A stretch of 22,806 nt of DNA from Pyrodictiaceae archaeon (GTDB lineage: Archaea; Thermoproteota; Thermoprotei_A; Sulfolobales; Pyrodictiaceae): NCBI GenBank assembly GCA_027036135.1, contig JALVSY010000032.1, forward strand, positions 1 to 22,806, in the 5' to 3' direction. Made by a program: the position numbers and the translations under genes. This document shows, piece by piece, positions 7,857 through 16,180 of the stretch. The notes beneath the pieces are model-generated. The model was not told the origin of the DNA and did no database searches. It saw nothing but the letters and a program-made list of their open reading frames with translations. Positions within the stretch are counted from its first letter, which is position 1. Each line of letters starts with the position of its first letter.

Positions 7857-8030
7857 CTAGCTGAGAAGCCTCACGTACTTGGGCTGTGGCTCGAACCTGT
7901 AGTTCTCGAGGCGGAGATACAGCTCCAGGGCTTTGCGTATCAGTTCGCTCCTCGTCACTCCCTTGACCCGGGCAAGAGAATCAAGCCTCTCTACCAAGGG
8001 CTCCTCTGCCTTGAAGGTTATGACTCGCAT
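7857..8030 (-). CDS. Ribbon-helix-helix protein, aCcr1-like (57 aa, below ORF-track cutoff)
   Basis: Manual translation MRVITFKAEEPLVERLDSLARVKGVTRSELIRKALELYLRLENYRFEPQPKYVRLLS; RBS GAGGGTGAG. Matches the MRVVTFK-x-EE...RSE-x-IRKA pattern I recall for aCcr1. Confidence 0.9.
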   Translation of the reverse strand: MRVITFKAEEPLVERLDSLARVKGVTRSELIRKALELYLRLENYRFEPQPKYVRLLS

Positions 8031-8134
8031 GGGCTCTCACCCTCTGGGAGGAGCTGGCGTGTAATACTCTGGGTTGCCTGGGTACTTATCGTTACCTTGG
8101 GTGGAGGAGCAAGGGGCTAGGTAACACCCGTGAA

Positions 8135-8245
8135 AGAAGGGGCCCCGGGGCGGCGGCTGATAGGAACCGCCGGCACCGTGTCGGGTGCAACACTCCTCAC
8201 AGGCGCTAAGATCCAATTGTGCCTCTCTGGGCCCCCGGGGCCCTT
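8135..8245 (-). ncRNA. Candidate ~110-nt structured ncRNA (closed multibranch fold)
   Basis: 11-bp terminal stem (8140-8150 with 8233-8243) enclosing three hairpins; TTATAT box at 8274-8269 about 25 bp upstream and CTTCTTT just downstream on the minus strand. Confidence 0.55.
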
Positions 8246-8321
8246 GTATAGAGGGTATGAATGCCAAGATATAAGAACTTATAGCCCCTAGTGCTCTGGA
8301 TATGAAAAGTGGTGAAAAGGT

Positions 8322-8633
8322 GTGGCCGAGCAAGTAAAAAACAATGAGAACAACGAGCTAGAGGTAAAGCACTTAAGGAACATGCTGATATACGGGCTAA
8401 TATTCGCTGTCCTGTTCTTCGCCGGTGGGATAGGGCTAGCCGCTATACTCAAGATAGCTGGAGTACAGGAGCTACTGAGCAGCAGCCTGTTCAACACAAT
8501 GGGGTATAAGACTACTGCGCAGGTACTACAAGCCAGCGGGCTCAACGACTTCGGCATGGCTGGCATCATTAAGTGGGCACTGACAGCAATAGGGTTCACT
8601 GTTGGTGCCTTAATAGGCTGGAAGAAACAATAA
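8322..8633 (+). CDS. Membrane protein with two hydrophobic helices (possible virion membrane protein)
   Basis: GTG after GGTGA; hydrophobic segments LIYGLIFAVLFFAGGIGLAAIL and GIIKWALTAIGFTVGALIGW; TATA-like CTTATA upstream. Confidence 0.8.
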   Translation: MAEQVKNNENNELEVKHLRNMLIYGLIFAVLFFAGGIGLAAILKIAGVQELLSSSLFNTMGYKTTAQVLQASGLNDFGMAGIIKWALTAIGFTVGALIGWKKQ

Positions 8634-8635
8634 CC

Positions 8636-8899
8636 CTAGAGCCTAGTCCCCATCTTTTTTGCTTTTCTCCAGGCGCTCCAGAACCTGGCTCTCAGCTCTC
8701 TCATGCTCCTACCGCTGGCTACCTGGCTGCCGTTCATGTAGAGCCTTAGTACTCTTTGCTGCCTCGAGCGCGGCTTGTAGGCTCTCTCCCTTATGCAGCC
8801 TAGCCCGAAGTAGTTGCCGAGCTCCAGCACTATCTCCGCTATCTCGTCCTTGTCCCAGTCCTCGGGAAAGTACAGGGTGAATAGCCTCTTGCATCTCAT
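8636..8899 (-). CDS. Small basic hypothetical protein
   Basis: 87 aa, ATGA-coupled to 8896-9588. Confidence 0.7.
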   Translation of the reverse strand: MRCKRLFTLYFPEDWDKDEIAEIVLELGNYFGLGCIRERAYKPRSRQQRVLRLYMNGSQVASGRSMRELRARFWSAWRKAKKMGTRL

Positions 8900-9588
8900 C
8901 CAGTGTCACCGTTGCCTGGGTCTATGAGTACCTGCGTGTTGGTGGTTACTGCCTCGGCCAGCTCCACAGCCTCATCGACGCGTATCAGTTGTAGGCCGAG
9001 ATACCTCGCTATCTCTGCTAGTATGAGTGCTAAGAGGGCTACGGGGCCCCATATCCTCTTGCCCGCTAGGGCTGCTCGTAGCCTTTGCCACCGCTTCTCG
9101 AAGAACCTGGCCACTAGGCCTAGTAGGTCTCTGGCCCCGCGAGCCACGAGTATGCCTGCTTTCCTCAGGGAGGCGTAGGCTCCACGGGTAGCTCCTTTCT
9201 CGGCCACGAAGCCGTGAACCACTTCTCCCCGTAGCTTCTTGCTTACAGAGAGCAATGCCTTGGTTATGGATGCGCTCTGGTATGGTCTCTTCCGGCTCCT
9301 CTGCCCAGACACGTAGAGGACTAGGTGGAAGTCGCTGAGCTTCGGGTCTAGGTTGCTGAGGAACAGGCTTATCCTGGCAACGGGGCTCCGGCTCCGGGGA
9401 TCGAAGTCTATCTCCACGAGCCTGGCTAGACCAGGAGACAGCCTCCTGGCAACCGTGCCTGTAAGGCTCTTGGCGCGCAGATAGTCGGCAGCGTATCTCC
9501 TAAACGGAGCCGCTACCTCGTTGAACAGGATAAGCCTCCTCTCATAGACCAATAGCTTTTTATCCCGCCGCACTTGACCCTCCACCAT
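8896..9588 (-). CDS. Basic hypothetical protein, weak resemblance to Mrr-like restriction-endonuclease fold
   Basis: 230 aa; EID...HGFVAEKGATRGAYASLRKAGILV recalls the Mrr C-terminal pattern, but no clear (E/Q)xK motif. The ORF is solid; the function is speculative. Confidence 0.65.
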   Translation of the reverse strand: MVEGQVRRDKKLLVYERRLILFNEVAAPFRRYAADYLRAKSLTGTVARRLSPGLARLVEIDFDPRSRSPVARISLFLSNLDPKLSDFHLVLYVSGQRSRKRPYQSASITKALLSVSKKLRGEVVHGFVAEKGATRGAYASLRKAGILVARGARDLLGLVARFFEKRWQRLRAALAGKRIWGPVALLALILAEIARYLGLQLIRVDEAVELAEAVTTNTQVLIDPGNGDTG

Positions 9589-9758
9589 GGGTGGAGACCC
9601 TCCGTCGTAGAGGTAGCCTTATTTTGTATAGCGAGGTGTCTTGTGGGGGCCCTTGCCCCCACCTCTTCTCCTAAATTGTGGCCTCTACCACGCTATACTG
9701 TATCCTCTCGGCCCCGGGATAAAACACTTACCAGTCAATTCTTTATAGAGCACTAAAT

Positions 9759-9941
9759 CTAGTCATCGCTGTCTATCACTATGTAGACCTTGACCTTCTT
9801 GCCCTTGGCGTGTAGCTCGCTCCAAAGGTCATTATACATTGTGGGCAAGTAGATCTTGTAGCGCTTGGTCTCCTTTACTATACCTCTCCTGCCAAGATAT
9901 AATGATGTAGCTCTAACAATTAGGCTTGAATCGGTACTCAT
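9759..9941 (-). CDS. Small swapped-hairpin (AbrB/SpoVT-like) DNA-binding protein
   Basis: 60 aa; RYKIYLP...KGKKVKVYIVI pattern. Confidence 0.65.
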   Translation of the reverse strand: MSTDSSLIVRATSLYLGRRGIVKETKRYKIYLPTMYNDLWSELHAKGKKVKVYIVIDSDD

Positions 9942-10080
9942 GTGCTACACACCGTGTATATGATTATGTGAGCACGAAAATAAGTGTTTCTGGCACTTTT
10001 TTGTTCTGTGTATCCGGATACAGGCACATAGAGGAGGCCTGCGAAAATGAAGAATCAGTGTAAAGCCTTGTGTCCCTGGA

Positions 10081-10250
10081 ACCCCCTATGCACTAGTCCG
10101 CGATGACCGGGAAGGTATATGCACTGATCGCGCGGTCAGCCCAGGGAGCCCGCGAAGCAAATACAGGACAGTAAGCATTATAGCACACCGTCGTGGGAGA
10201 ACTGGGCCACCAAGTAGGCTGATGAGAGGAGACCCCCTATGCACTAGTCC
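10081..10250 (+). repeat. 19-bp direct repeat ACCCCCTATGCACTAGTCC (10081-10099, 10232-10250)
   Basis: Exact match by eye; partial third copy TATGCACT at 10118. Confidence 0.9.
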
Positions 10251-10476
10251 CCAAGCGGAGTTGCAAGGCTCTTATATTTAACAAAGAATTATTCTACTTA
10301 CTATACTATACCTAGAGTATTCTTTGCTCTGGGTGCTTTGTTGCCTCTCTTCTCCTTTTTTCTCCCGGGGTGGGGGTGCGGGGGAGGGGTTAGCGAGTCG
10401 GCTAACCTGTGAACTATGTTTTTGCAAAATACTTTTTATTGTTTGCTTTGTCTATTTATAGAGTGGTGAGCGAGAG

Positions 10477-10734
10477 ATGCACCCGGATCTGTCCCCTGTG
10501 ATGCGCATCCTCCTCGTGCTAGAGAATGGACCAGCGTCAGCGAAGGAGATTGCTGATAGAGGCGGGCTAGCCTCTGTCTACAAGTATCTATCAATACTTA
10601 GGGCGACTGGCCTGGTCAGATCGCCTAGGCGCGGGGTCTACGAGCTAACAGGGGCTGGGAGGGAGGAGCTGGAGAGGCGCAGGAGAGAGCTCTGCAGAGT
10701 ACTGGGGTGCGGAGGCGAGGAGAATGAGCATTGA
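10477..10734 (+). CDS. ArsR/MarR-like winged-helix regulator
   Basis: RILLVLENGPASAKEIADR...VYKYLSILRATGLVRSPRRGVYELTGAG; RBS GGTGAG; TATA-like TTTTTATT upstream. Confidence 0.88.
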   Translation: MHPDLSPVMRILLVLENGPASAKEIADRGGLASVYKYLSILRATGLVRSPRRGVYELTGAGREELERRRRELCRVLGCGGEENEH

Positions 10735-10942
10735 GGAGTTCCTAGGGTTCCTCGCGCGCGACCCGGAGGCGGCTAGGCTAGTGAACGAGGTATTCGATGA
10801 GACCCGGTGCCGCACCGAGTCCTGCAAGCACTGCGTAGAGACAGGGATAGACTACTGGTACAAGATGTGGCTCTTCGGCGCGCTGAGAGACCCCGTGCGC
10901 GCAGCCCGCGACATACACGAGTGCATAGAGAGGTGGAGATAA
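10724..10942 (+). CDS. Small hypothetical protein with C-x4-C-x2-C
   Basis: 72 aa, overlaps the wHTH stop; GAGGAG RBS. Confidence 0.7.
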   Translation: MSIEEFLGFLARDPEAARLVNEVFDETRCRTESCKHCVETGIDYWYKMWLFGALRDPVRAARDIHECIERWR

Positions 10943-10972
10943 CGTGGCCAGGCTAATGGTCGCTCTCCCGGG

Positions 10973-11224
10973 GTGAGTCTCTTGGCACTGGACCTGTTGG
11001 AGGAGGCCTCCATGTCCAGGGAGGAGGCCATAGGGGCCAGCCTCGTGGTAGAGGATGCCACGGGCTACAGGGCAGTAGTGGCCCGCCTAGTAGAGGCACG
11101 GGCTGAGAACGGCAGGGTGAGAATAGTCCTAGAGGCAAGGACACTTAGCAGAGAGGCCAGGGAGCACCTGCGCTTCACGGACAGGTACATAGTACTAGTG
11201 GGCAAACCAGCTAACTATGGGTGA
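10973..11224 (+). CDS. Hypothetical protein
   Basis: In operon order; start may be TTG 10982 after GGGGTGAG. Confidence 0.65.
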   Translation: MSLLALDLLEEASMSREEAIGASLVVEDATGYRAVVARLVEARAENGRVRIVLEARTLSREAREHLRFTDRYIVLVGKPANYG

Positions 11225-11463
11225 GCACCATGTTCATATTATGTAATGATAGGTTATTAGAGGAGCTATTAGAGGAGGTTGAGAAGCCTAATTTCCGTGG
11301 AAGGCTGCGCTTCTACAGGCTAGTGAGCGAGGCACTTAACTACTTCCTGTACTGCGAGATATGCATGGAATTCGATCCTTTCTGCGAATGCGACACAGAG
11401 AAGCTAAGACTAGTGGCGGAATTAGTGAAAAACCTACTAACACCAAACATGGACAAACAATAA
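11221..11463 (+). CDS. Small Cys-containing hypothetical protein
   Basis: GTGA coupling; CEIC...CEC. Confidence 0.7.
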   Translation: MSTMFILCNDRLLEELLEEVEKPNFRGRLRFYRLVSEALNYFLYCEICMEFDPFCECDTEKLRLVAELVKNLLTPNMDKQ

Positions 11464-11474
11464 CCACACATTTT

Positions 11475-11569
11475 TCCATTCAAACCAGCGAAATCCATTC
11501 AGACAGGGTGACGGGGAGTAGGCATCCCCATGGAATTATTTTTCTGAATGGAGTAACAGGAGTGAAAGA
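11475..11569. repeat. Symmetric TCCATTCAG-box element, copy A
   Basis: TCCATTCA at 11475 and 11494, GTGACGGGG at 11508, ATGGA at 11530, CTGAATGGAG at 11544; homologous to 16428-16524. Confidence 0.85.
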
Positions 11570-11582
11570 TGGGCGGTGCTCA

Positions 11583-11723
11583 ATGAGTGGCTCCACGATA
11601 ACATATAGGTTCCTCCGTCTCTGCTGCGTGGCCTACGACGACGTAGCCATTATATGTTATTCCACAACCAGCTATGCCTGCCCAAGCGTGGAGATAGTTG
11701 AGAGACACGAGTTCACGGGGTAA
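11583..11723 (+). CDS. Possible 46-aa protein
   Basis: ATG after GGCGGTG; MSGSTITYRFLRLCCVAYDDVAIICYSTTSYACPSVEIVERHEFTG. Confidence 0.4.
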   Translation: MSGSTITYRFLRLCCVAYDDVAIICYSTTSYACPSVEIVERHEFTG

Positions 11724-11885
11724 GGTGGATTGGAGAACAATTTCCGAGAGCATACTAGTAGCCGAGCACGAGGCATAGAGCCATGCTCACCAACAACACA
11801 CCTTACTGGGGCTACAGGTGCTGGTGGAGTAACGGAGTAGGAGTGGTCTGCACCCTTACCTGGCCACGGGTAGTGGTGGGCAGGA

Positions 11886-12110
11886 ATGAACCCCCTAACA
11901 AGCCTTAAGAAGCTGGCTCACTACGCCTGGGGCCTACTAACAGCACTAGTAGCACTAGTGGCACCCGTGCTCTCGGCACTAATGTTCCTAGGCTTCATAG
12001 TCTACGAGCTAGACGAGGAGTGGCACATACGGGACAAGAGCTACAACGATATACGCGAGATGCTCATAGGAATGGGGATAGGAGTAGTAATAGCAATACT
12101 CATAGCATAG
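11886..12110 (+). CDS. Small multi-pass membrane protein
   Basis: 74 aa with 2-3 hydrophobic segments and conserved-looking polar residues (KKLAHY, YELDE, DIRE). Confidence 0.75.
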   Translation: MNPLTSLKKLAHYAWGLLTALVALVAPVLSALMFLGFIVYELDEEWHIRDKSYNDIREMLIGMGIGVVIAILIA

Positions 12111-12173
12111 ACAGGCAACAAGAAGGAGCAAGAGAAGAAAGAAAACCAGCCAAGTAGTGAGCCAGCTTCTTTA

Positions 12174-13607
12174 TCATGATAGCTGTACCTTGTACATCTT
12201 CTTAGCCGCTAGGTCTACCACTACTAGGTAGTAATAGGTACCATCATAGTACAGTAGATGAGGTATCCATGGGCTCAGCGGGTACAGTCCAGCATCGAGC
12301 TCGCTCTGTATAGTGTTTAGCTGGTCGGTTCCATATACTCCTACGTCTGACAGGTTAACGTCTAGCCATATCTTAGCCCAAGCTGTGTTATATGTAGCAT
12401 TAGCAATCACGTTGCCAACGATTATGTTGTGCTTCGCGTAGTCCCACACGTATATCGCGTAGTCCGGGGTCTTGTCCTCTGGGTCAAGATAGTTGAACGC
12501 CACCAAGTTGTGCTCGAACCTAGCCTCCTCCGAAGCACCAGTCGCGTAGATACCAGTACCACTGAACCTCCTTATCTGGTTGAAAGCTATCAACGAGTTC
12601 TTTACACTCCACGCGTTTATACCAGTACCAACATCGGATATATAGTTGCCAATTATTATGTACCTGCCGTTCGCTATCGGGTACAACCCAATACTAAAGT
12701 TACTAATAATATTATTCGCTATTACTGCCTTGTTGATGGCGGCGTTCCCGCGTATGAACGCTGTCCTACCAACCGTACCAGCGTACGGGTACCCATCCGG
12801 TACCATACCATCAATAATGTTCTCCGTGAACACGGTCTCCAAGCAATCTAGATAATTAGCCGAGAACACGTAGTTAGGGTGCTTGCCAGGGTCACCGTTT
12901 GCATTATTTCCTTTAACAATGTTGCGGCTAAATATTATCTTGTCATATGCCTCAGCGGTAACACCATACGCTACGTTCTCGAAATAATTATCAACGATTA
13001 TTATCTCCTCGTGGTCTATTATCCCGCTCTCACAATCAACACACGTTATCCAAATCGCCTCCCTAGCCATGTCCTTGAACACATTGCCAATGAATTCAAC
13101 TTTCCGTGCTCTGAGTACACTAACTCCTACATGAACCGGGGCTCCGGCAGCCTCGGTGTACTTCTGTGATATGTTTCGCTCATTACCATCAAAGTAGCAG
13201 TTAATGAACCTCACTGGTCCATCTAGTAGTGGCTCCCCCTTGTTATTCCCAACATTGAAGAAGCTATGGGAATTAGTACCAATGCTTGGGTCTCTAACGA
13301 ACTTGCCTCCAACAATTGTCAATGGCTTCGTTATACTGACCTGCCCCTTGAACAAGAAATCTCCGAGACCAGCTACTACTCCATGGTCTGGAGCCGCCTC
13401 GACTGCCTGTCTCCAAACACTCGCGTGGTCAGTTGACTCCGCTATCTTGTTGCCGTGCTTGTCTACTGCTACTGCGTTACCATTATCATCCAGGTAGACT
13501 ACCACGTCGGCTGTTTTGAGGGCTATGTTACGCATCCTGTCATAGTCTATGGGGCCGTATACCCCGCGGTGCTCCATGTCGTAGTCGAATCCCCCGTATA
13601 GGCTCAC
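12174..13607 (-). CDS. Parallel beta-helix (pectin lyase-like) spike / receptor-binding protein 1
   Basis: Repeated I/V-x-x-N-x-F/I rungs (FIGNVF, IVDNYF, IANNII, IIGNYI, IAFNQI); N-terminal module shared with the gene at 21365-22806; likely start GTG 13607. Confidence 0.85.
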   Translation of the reverse strand: MSLYGGFDYDMEHRGVYGPIDYDRMRNIALKTADVVVYLDDNGNAVAVDKHGNKIAESTDHASVWRQAVEAAPDHGVVAGLGDFLFKGQVSITKPLTIVGGKFVRDPSIGTNSHSFFNVGNNKGEPLLDGPVRFINCYFDGNERNISQKYTEAAGAPVHVGVSVLRARKVEFIGNVFKDMAREAIWITCVDCESGIIDHEEIIIVDNYFENVAYGVTAEAYDKIIFSRNIVKGNNANGDPGKHPNYVFSANYLDCLETVFTENIIDGMVPDGYPYAGTVGRTAFIRGNAAINKAVIANNIISNFSIGLYPIANGRYIIIGNYISDVGTGINAWSVKNSLIAFNQIRRFSGTGIYATGASEEARFEHNLVAFNYLDPEDKTPDYAIYVWDYAKHNIIVGNVIANATYNTAWAKIWLDVNLSDVGVYGTDQLNTIQSELDAGLYPLSPWIPHLLYYDGTYYYLVVVDLAAKKMYKVQLS

Positions 13608-13933
13608 CAGTAGCCCCACCTCCGCAGCCTCTCCTCTATCCTCTTGTCAAGGATTGGGTAGATTTGCCTCAGCTCCCCTATCAGTATTCTTCCATGGTAC
13701 CTGCTACTACTCAGCGACTCGTACTCCTCCCGGCTAACCGGTACCCCGAACGTTGTCCACCAGTCCGTGGCCGGGTCCTTCATGTGGACGTCGCAGTGCA
13801 GGAAGCCCTGCGATGCACGGTAGCACCGGAAATCGTGCAAGAGTAGCGGCTCGCTTGTGAACGGGCTGTAGAGCGGCTCCCTGGGCAGGATAACGTAGTC
13901 GTTGTTTACCCGCTTTATCTCCCAGAAACGCAT
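13604..13933 (-). CDS. Hypothetical protein
   Basis: 109 aa, GGGGAG RBS, coupled to spike 1. Confidence 0.75.
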   Translation of the reverse strand: MRFWEIKRVNNDYVILPREPLYSPFTSEPLLLHDFRCYRASQGFLHCDVHMKDPATDWWTTFGVPVSREEYESLSSSRYHGRILIGELRQIYPILDKRIEERLRRWGYW

Positions 13934-13944
13934 GCTCCCCGCCC

Positions 13945-14523
13945 TTAGAACTCTAGAGCCGCTATATCTACTGACACGGTTGCGCTGGTGCTTGTCGCGG
14001 AGCTCTCCACGCTCACGTCTATCTCCACTATCCTGGAGCCATCAGCCAGTACCGTGAAGTCGAGGTCAGCTATAGTCAGTGTTACCGCGGCGCTCACACC
14101 GCTCTTGCTTGCAAGTGTGTAGCTATTACCGCTCTGATCCTTCGCTATTATATCGATGGTTAGTGTCTCGGAGGTGCCTAGTCCGCTTGGGGTTAGCTTG
14201 ATAGTTAGAGGCAAGAGGTTGTAATAGTCGGTGTCGGTGCCGAGAACCTTGGTTGTCACCGGGCTACCGGATGCCCCGGCGCTCGCAGTTATCCCTGTAG
14301 CCACGTGGTACCTGCTGACACTGCTCCAGTCTATCGGGTCTGCCCCTCCCCTGTCGTGCCTAGAGCCGTGGCTCGCCAGCTCTATTCCGCCCGGGTATAT
14401 CTTAGTACTATCCATTAGTGATGGGTCGCTGCTGCTCTGCCAGCTACTAAGCTGAGAGCCAGAGTGGTCCAGGCGCAGGTCCTCGCTGCCAGGGGGTATG
14501 CGCTTCAACTCCCCTATCACCAC
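13945..14523 (-). CDS. Putative virion spike/vertex protein
   Basis: HGSRHDRGGADPI (H-x3-H-x2-GG-x-DP, a motif I associate with viral fibre proteins) followed by a S/T-rich beta-sandwich. Confidence 0.7.
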   Translation of the reverse strand: MVIGELKRIPPGSEDLRLDHSGSQLSSWQSSSDPSLMDSTKIYPGGIELASHGSRHDRGGADPIDWSSVSRYHVATGITASAGASGSPVTTKVLGTDTDYYNLLPLTIKLTPSGLGTSETLTIDIIAKDQSGNSYTLASKSGVSAAVTLTIADLDFTVLADGSRIVEIDVSVESSATSTSATVSVDIAALEF

Positions 14524-14554
14524 TTATACAGCTAGCAGGCTAGGGGGATAACTC

Positions 14555-15517
14555 TTACCCACAGAGAGGCCCAGTGCAGACATCCCGGAACCTTATCTCC
14601 TTGAGGAGAGCCGCGCACGTGGTAGGGCTCCACTCCCTGTAGCAGAGCCTTATCCTCACAGTGTTGACGCAGATGCATCCCTGCCCAGGATGCCTCTTGA
14701 TAACCACCCTTACCGGCCCTGTATCGCTCCCGCTAAGCCTCGCCTCCGCTAGCTGTATGAAGCCTAGCTCTGGATCGGTCTTGCCCACGACTACATCGTA
14801 CCAGAGACCACTATTGCTCGGTAGCTCCGGGAGCCCCTCCACGTCTATCACTATCTCGTCCCCCGTCCCCTCGGCGCCCACTACCCTTACACTGCCTATG
14901 TCAAGGACGCTGTACACAGCGCGGTAGCCCCTCACCCCACTAGTATCCGGCACAGCCTCCACGACCAGTGTGCCCGGCCTAAGCATGTACGGGTACAGGT
15001 CTATCACCGCGTAGCTGTTTATCCCGGAGCAGGCGTGCCTGGTGACCAGCAGCCTATCGTTATTGTATATCCTAATAGTCGAGCACACCGTCTTATCAGG
15101 GTATCCTGCGACCGTGTAGTGCACCGGCACCACGGCCATCCTGTGAGCAGTACCGTTGACTGCGTCGAACCAGATGTACTCGTCACTAGACCTATCAATA
15201 ACCACTAGGTGGTCAAGGGAGTTAGCGACACTGACTATTACCATGTAGGGGAGATAGTATAGCTCCGCATAGGTCTTGACACGATAGGTGCCTGGCTCCC
15301 GGAATACTAGGCTAAAACTATACGTCGCGGAGCCACCGCTAATGTCCTCGGTCAGTGTCTTAACCGGCTTAGCGAAGTCGTTCACGTATATCTCTACGTA
15401 TAGCTGGCCCAGCTTGACGGTCTCGCTGAGCCGCACCGACCCAGTGAAGTTGACTGGCTCGCCTACCCCCACCCTCGTCTTATCCGGCTTAATCGTGTTA
15501 GAGACCACTTCTGCCAA
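14555..15517 (-). CDS. Multi-domain Ig-like protein (putative fibre tip/adhesin)
   Basis: Likely TTG start at 15517 after GGAGGGAGAGG; first domain IKPDKTRVGVGEPVNFTG...FSLVFREPGTYRV is paralogous to 15679-16026. Confidence 0.75.
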   Translation of the reverse strand: MAEVVSNTIKPDKTRVGVGEPVNFTGSVRLSETVKLGQLYVEIYVNDFAKPVKTLTEDISGGSATYSFSLVFREPGTYRVKTYAELYYLPYMVIVSVANSLDHLVVIDRSSDEYIWFDAVNGTAHRMAVVPVHYTVAGYPDKTVCSTIRIYNNDRLLVTRHACSGINSYAVIDLYPYMLRPGTLVVEAVPDTSGVRGYRAVYSVLDIGSVRVVGAEGTGDEIVIDVEGLPELPSNSGLWYDVVVGKTDPELGFIQLAEARLSGSDTGPVRVVIKRHPGQGCICVNTVRIRLCYREWSPTTCAALLKEIRFRDVCTGPLCG

Positions 15518-15678
15518 GTCCTCTCCCTCCGGGAGTAGAAAGGCGGATAGGAGAGAGATATGGGTAGCGGGGAGAGGGTACACCCAAGCGAAACTGCTCT
15601 GTACAGGTCCCCGAGGAAATGGGCTGAAGAAAAACACGGGTATAGGGTTTCAGCCGCCCCGGGAATAGTTTCGGTTAA

Positions 15679-16026
15679 TCAGAGCATCGCTCCAGATCCT
15701 CTTATGCCGCAGGGCCCCGTGTACACGTATGCCTGTACAGTGTACTTGCCGGGCTTCTCGAATACCAGGCTGAAGCCTATGTTCGCGCTCCTGGCTCCCT
15801 CGGAGTAGCTGCCTACCAGTACGCCGCTTCTCTGCTTAGAACCGTTCACGTAGATGTCTGCGTAGACGCATCCGGGGCCGGGGGCTGGGGCAGTGAACCT
15901 TGCATAGCCACTGAACGCCACTGTCTCCCCGGGAGAGACCGTGCTCTTGTCCGGGGCTATGTAGGCGCTCGCTACGTCGAACTCCTCCTGCACGGTTACC
16001 TCTACCTCGTTGCTCCAGGCACCCAT
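15679..16026 (-). CDS. Single Ig-like (PKD/CARDB-type) domain protein with N-terminal WSNEVEVTV strand
   Basis: IAPDKSTVSPGETVAFSG...IYVNG...FSLVFEKPGKYTVQA. Confidence 0.8.
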   Translation of the reverse strand: MGAWSNEVEVTVQEEFDVASAYIAPDKSTVSPGETVAFSGYARFTAPAPGPGCVYADIYVNGSKQRSGVLVGSYSEGARSANIGFSLVFEKPGKYTVQAYVYTGPCGIRGSGAML

Positions 16027-16180
16027 GCTCTCAACCGGATAGGAGTATGCAAGAAACGGGATAGATAAGCCCTACCGTGGCGCCCAAGCCCACCTATATA
16101 TTTTGCGCACCCGTTCATATCCACACGGGTGAGCAGTGTTGACAAGCAAGCCCCTTGGCCAGGGAGACCAGGGGGAGGGA

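Noticed and set aside
8151-8172. Hammerhead ribozyme on the plus strand (CTGATAG...GAA)
   Set aside because: The core needs CUGANGA, stem II and GAAA; here the motif is just a 10-nt hairpin loop.
8135-8245. Bona fide tRNA gene
   Set aside because: No 7-nt anticodon loop, the T-like loop is 10 nt and the terminal stem is 11 bp; kept only as an ncRNA candidate.
8322-8633. Spindle-shaped virus major capsid protein
   Set aside because: Two hydrophobic helices fit loosely, but I see no recognisable similarity and the structural operon points to a beta-rich capsid; left as a membrane protein.
10081-10250. Mini-CRISPR array from the 19-bp repeats
   Set aside because: Only two full copies, 132 bp between them, too short and lacking a CRISPR-like GAAA(G/C) end.
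11475-11569. Canonical archaeal ORB elements
   Set aside because: TCCA and TGGA half-sites resemble ORBs but do not form the compact TCCA-x-TGGA dyad, so they are not called as Orc1/Cdc6 sites.
11783-11908. Possible 41-aa ORF MLTNNTPYWGYRCWWSNG...
   Set aside because: No clear RBS, overlaps the next gene and is too short to support.
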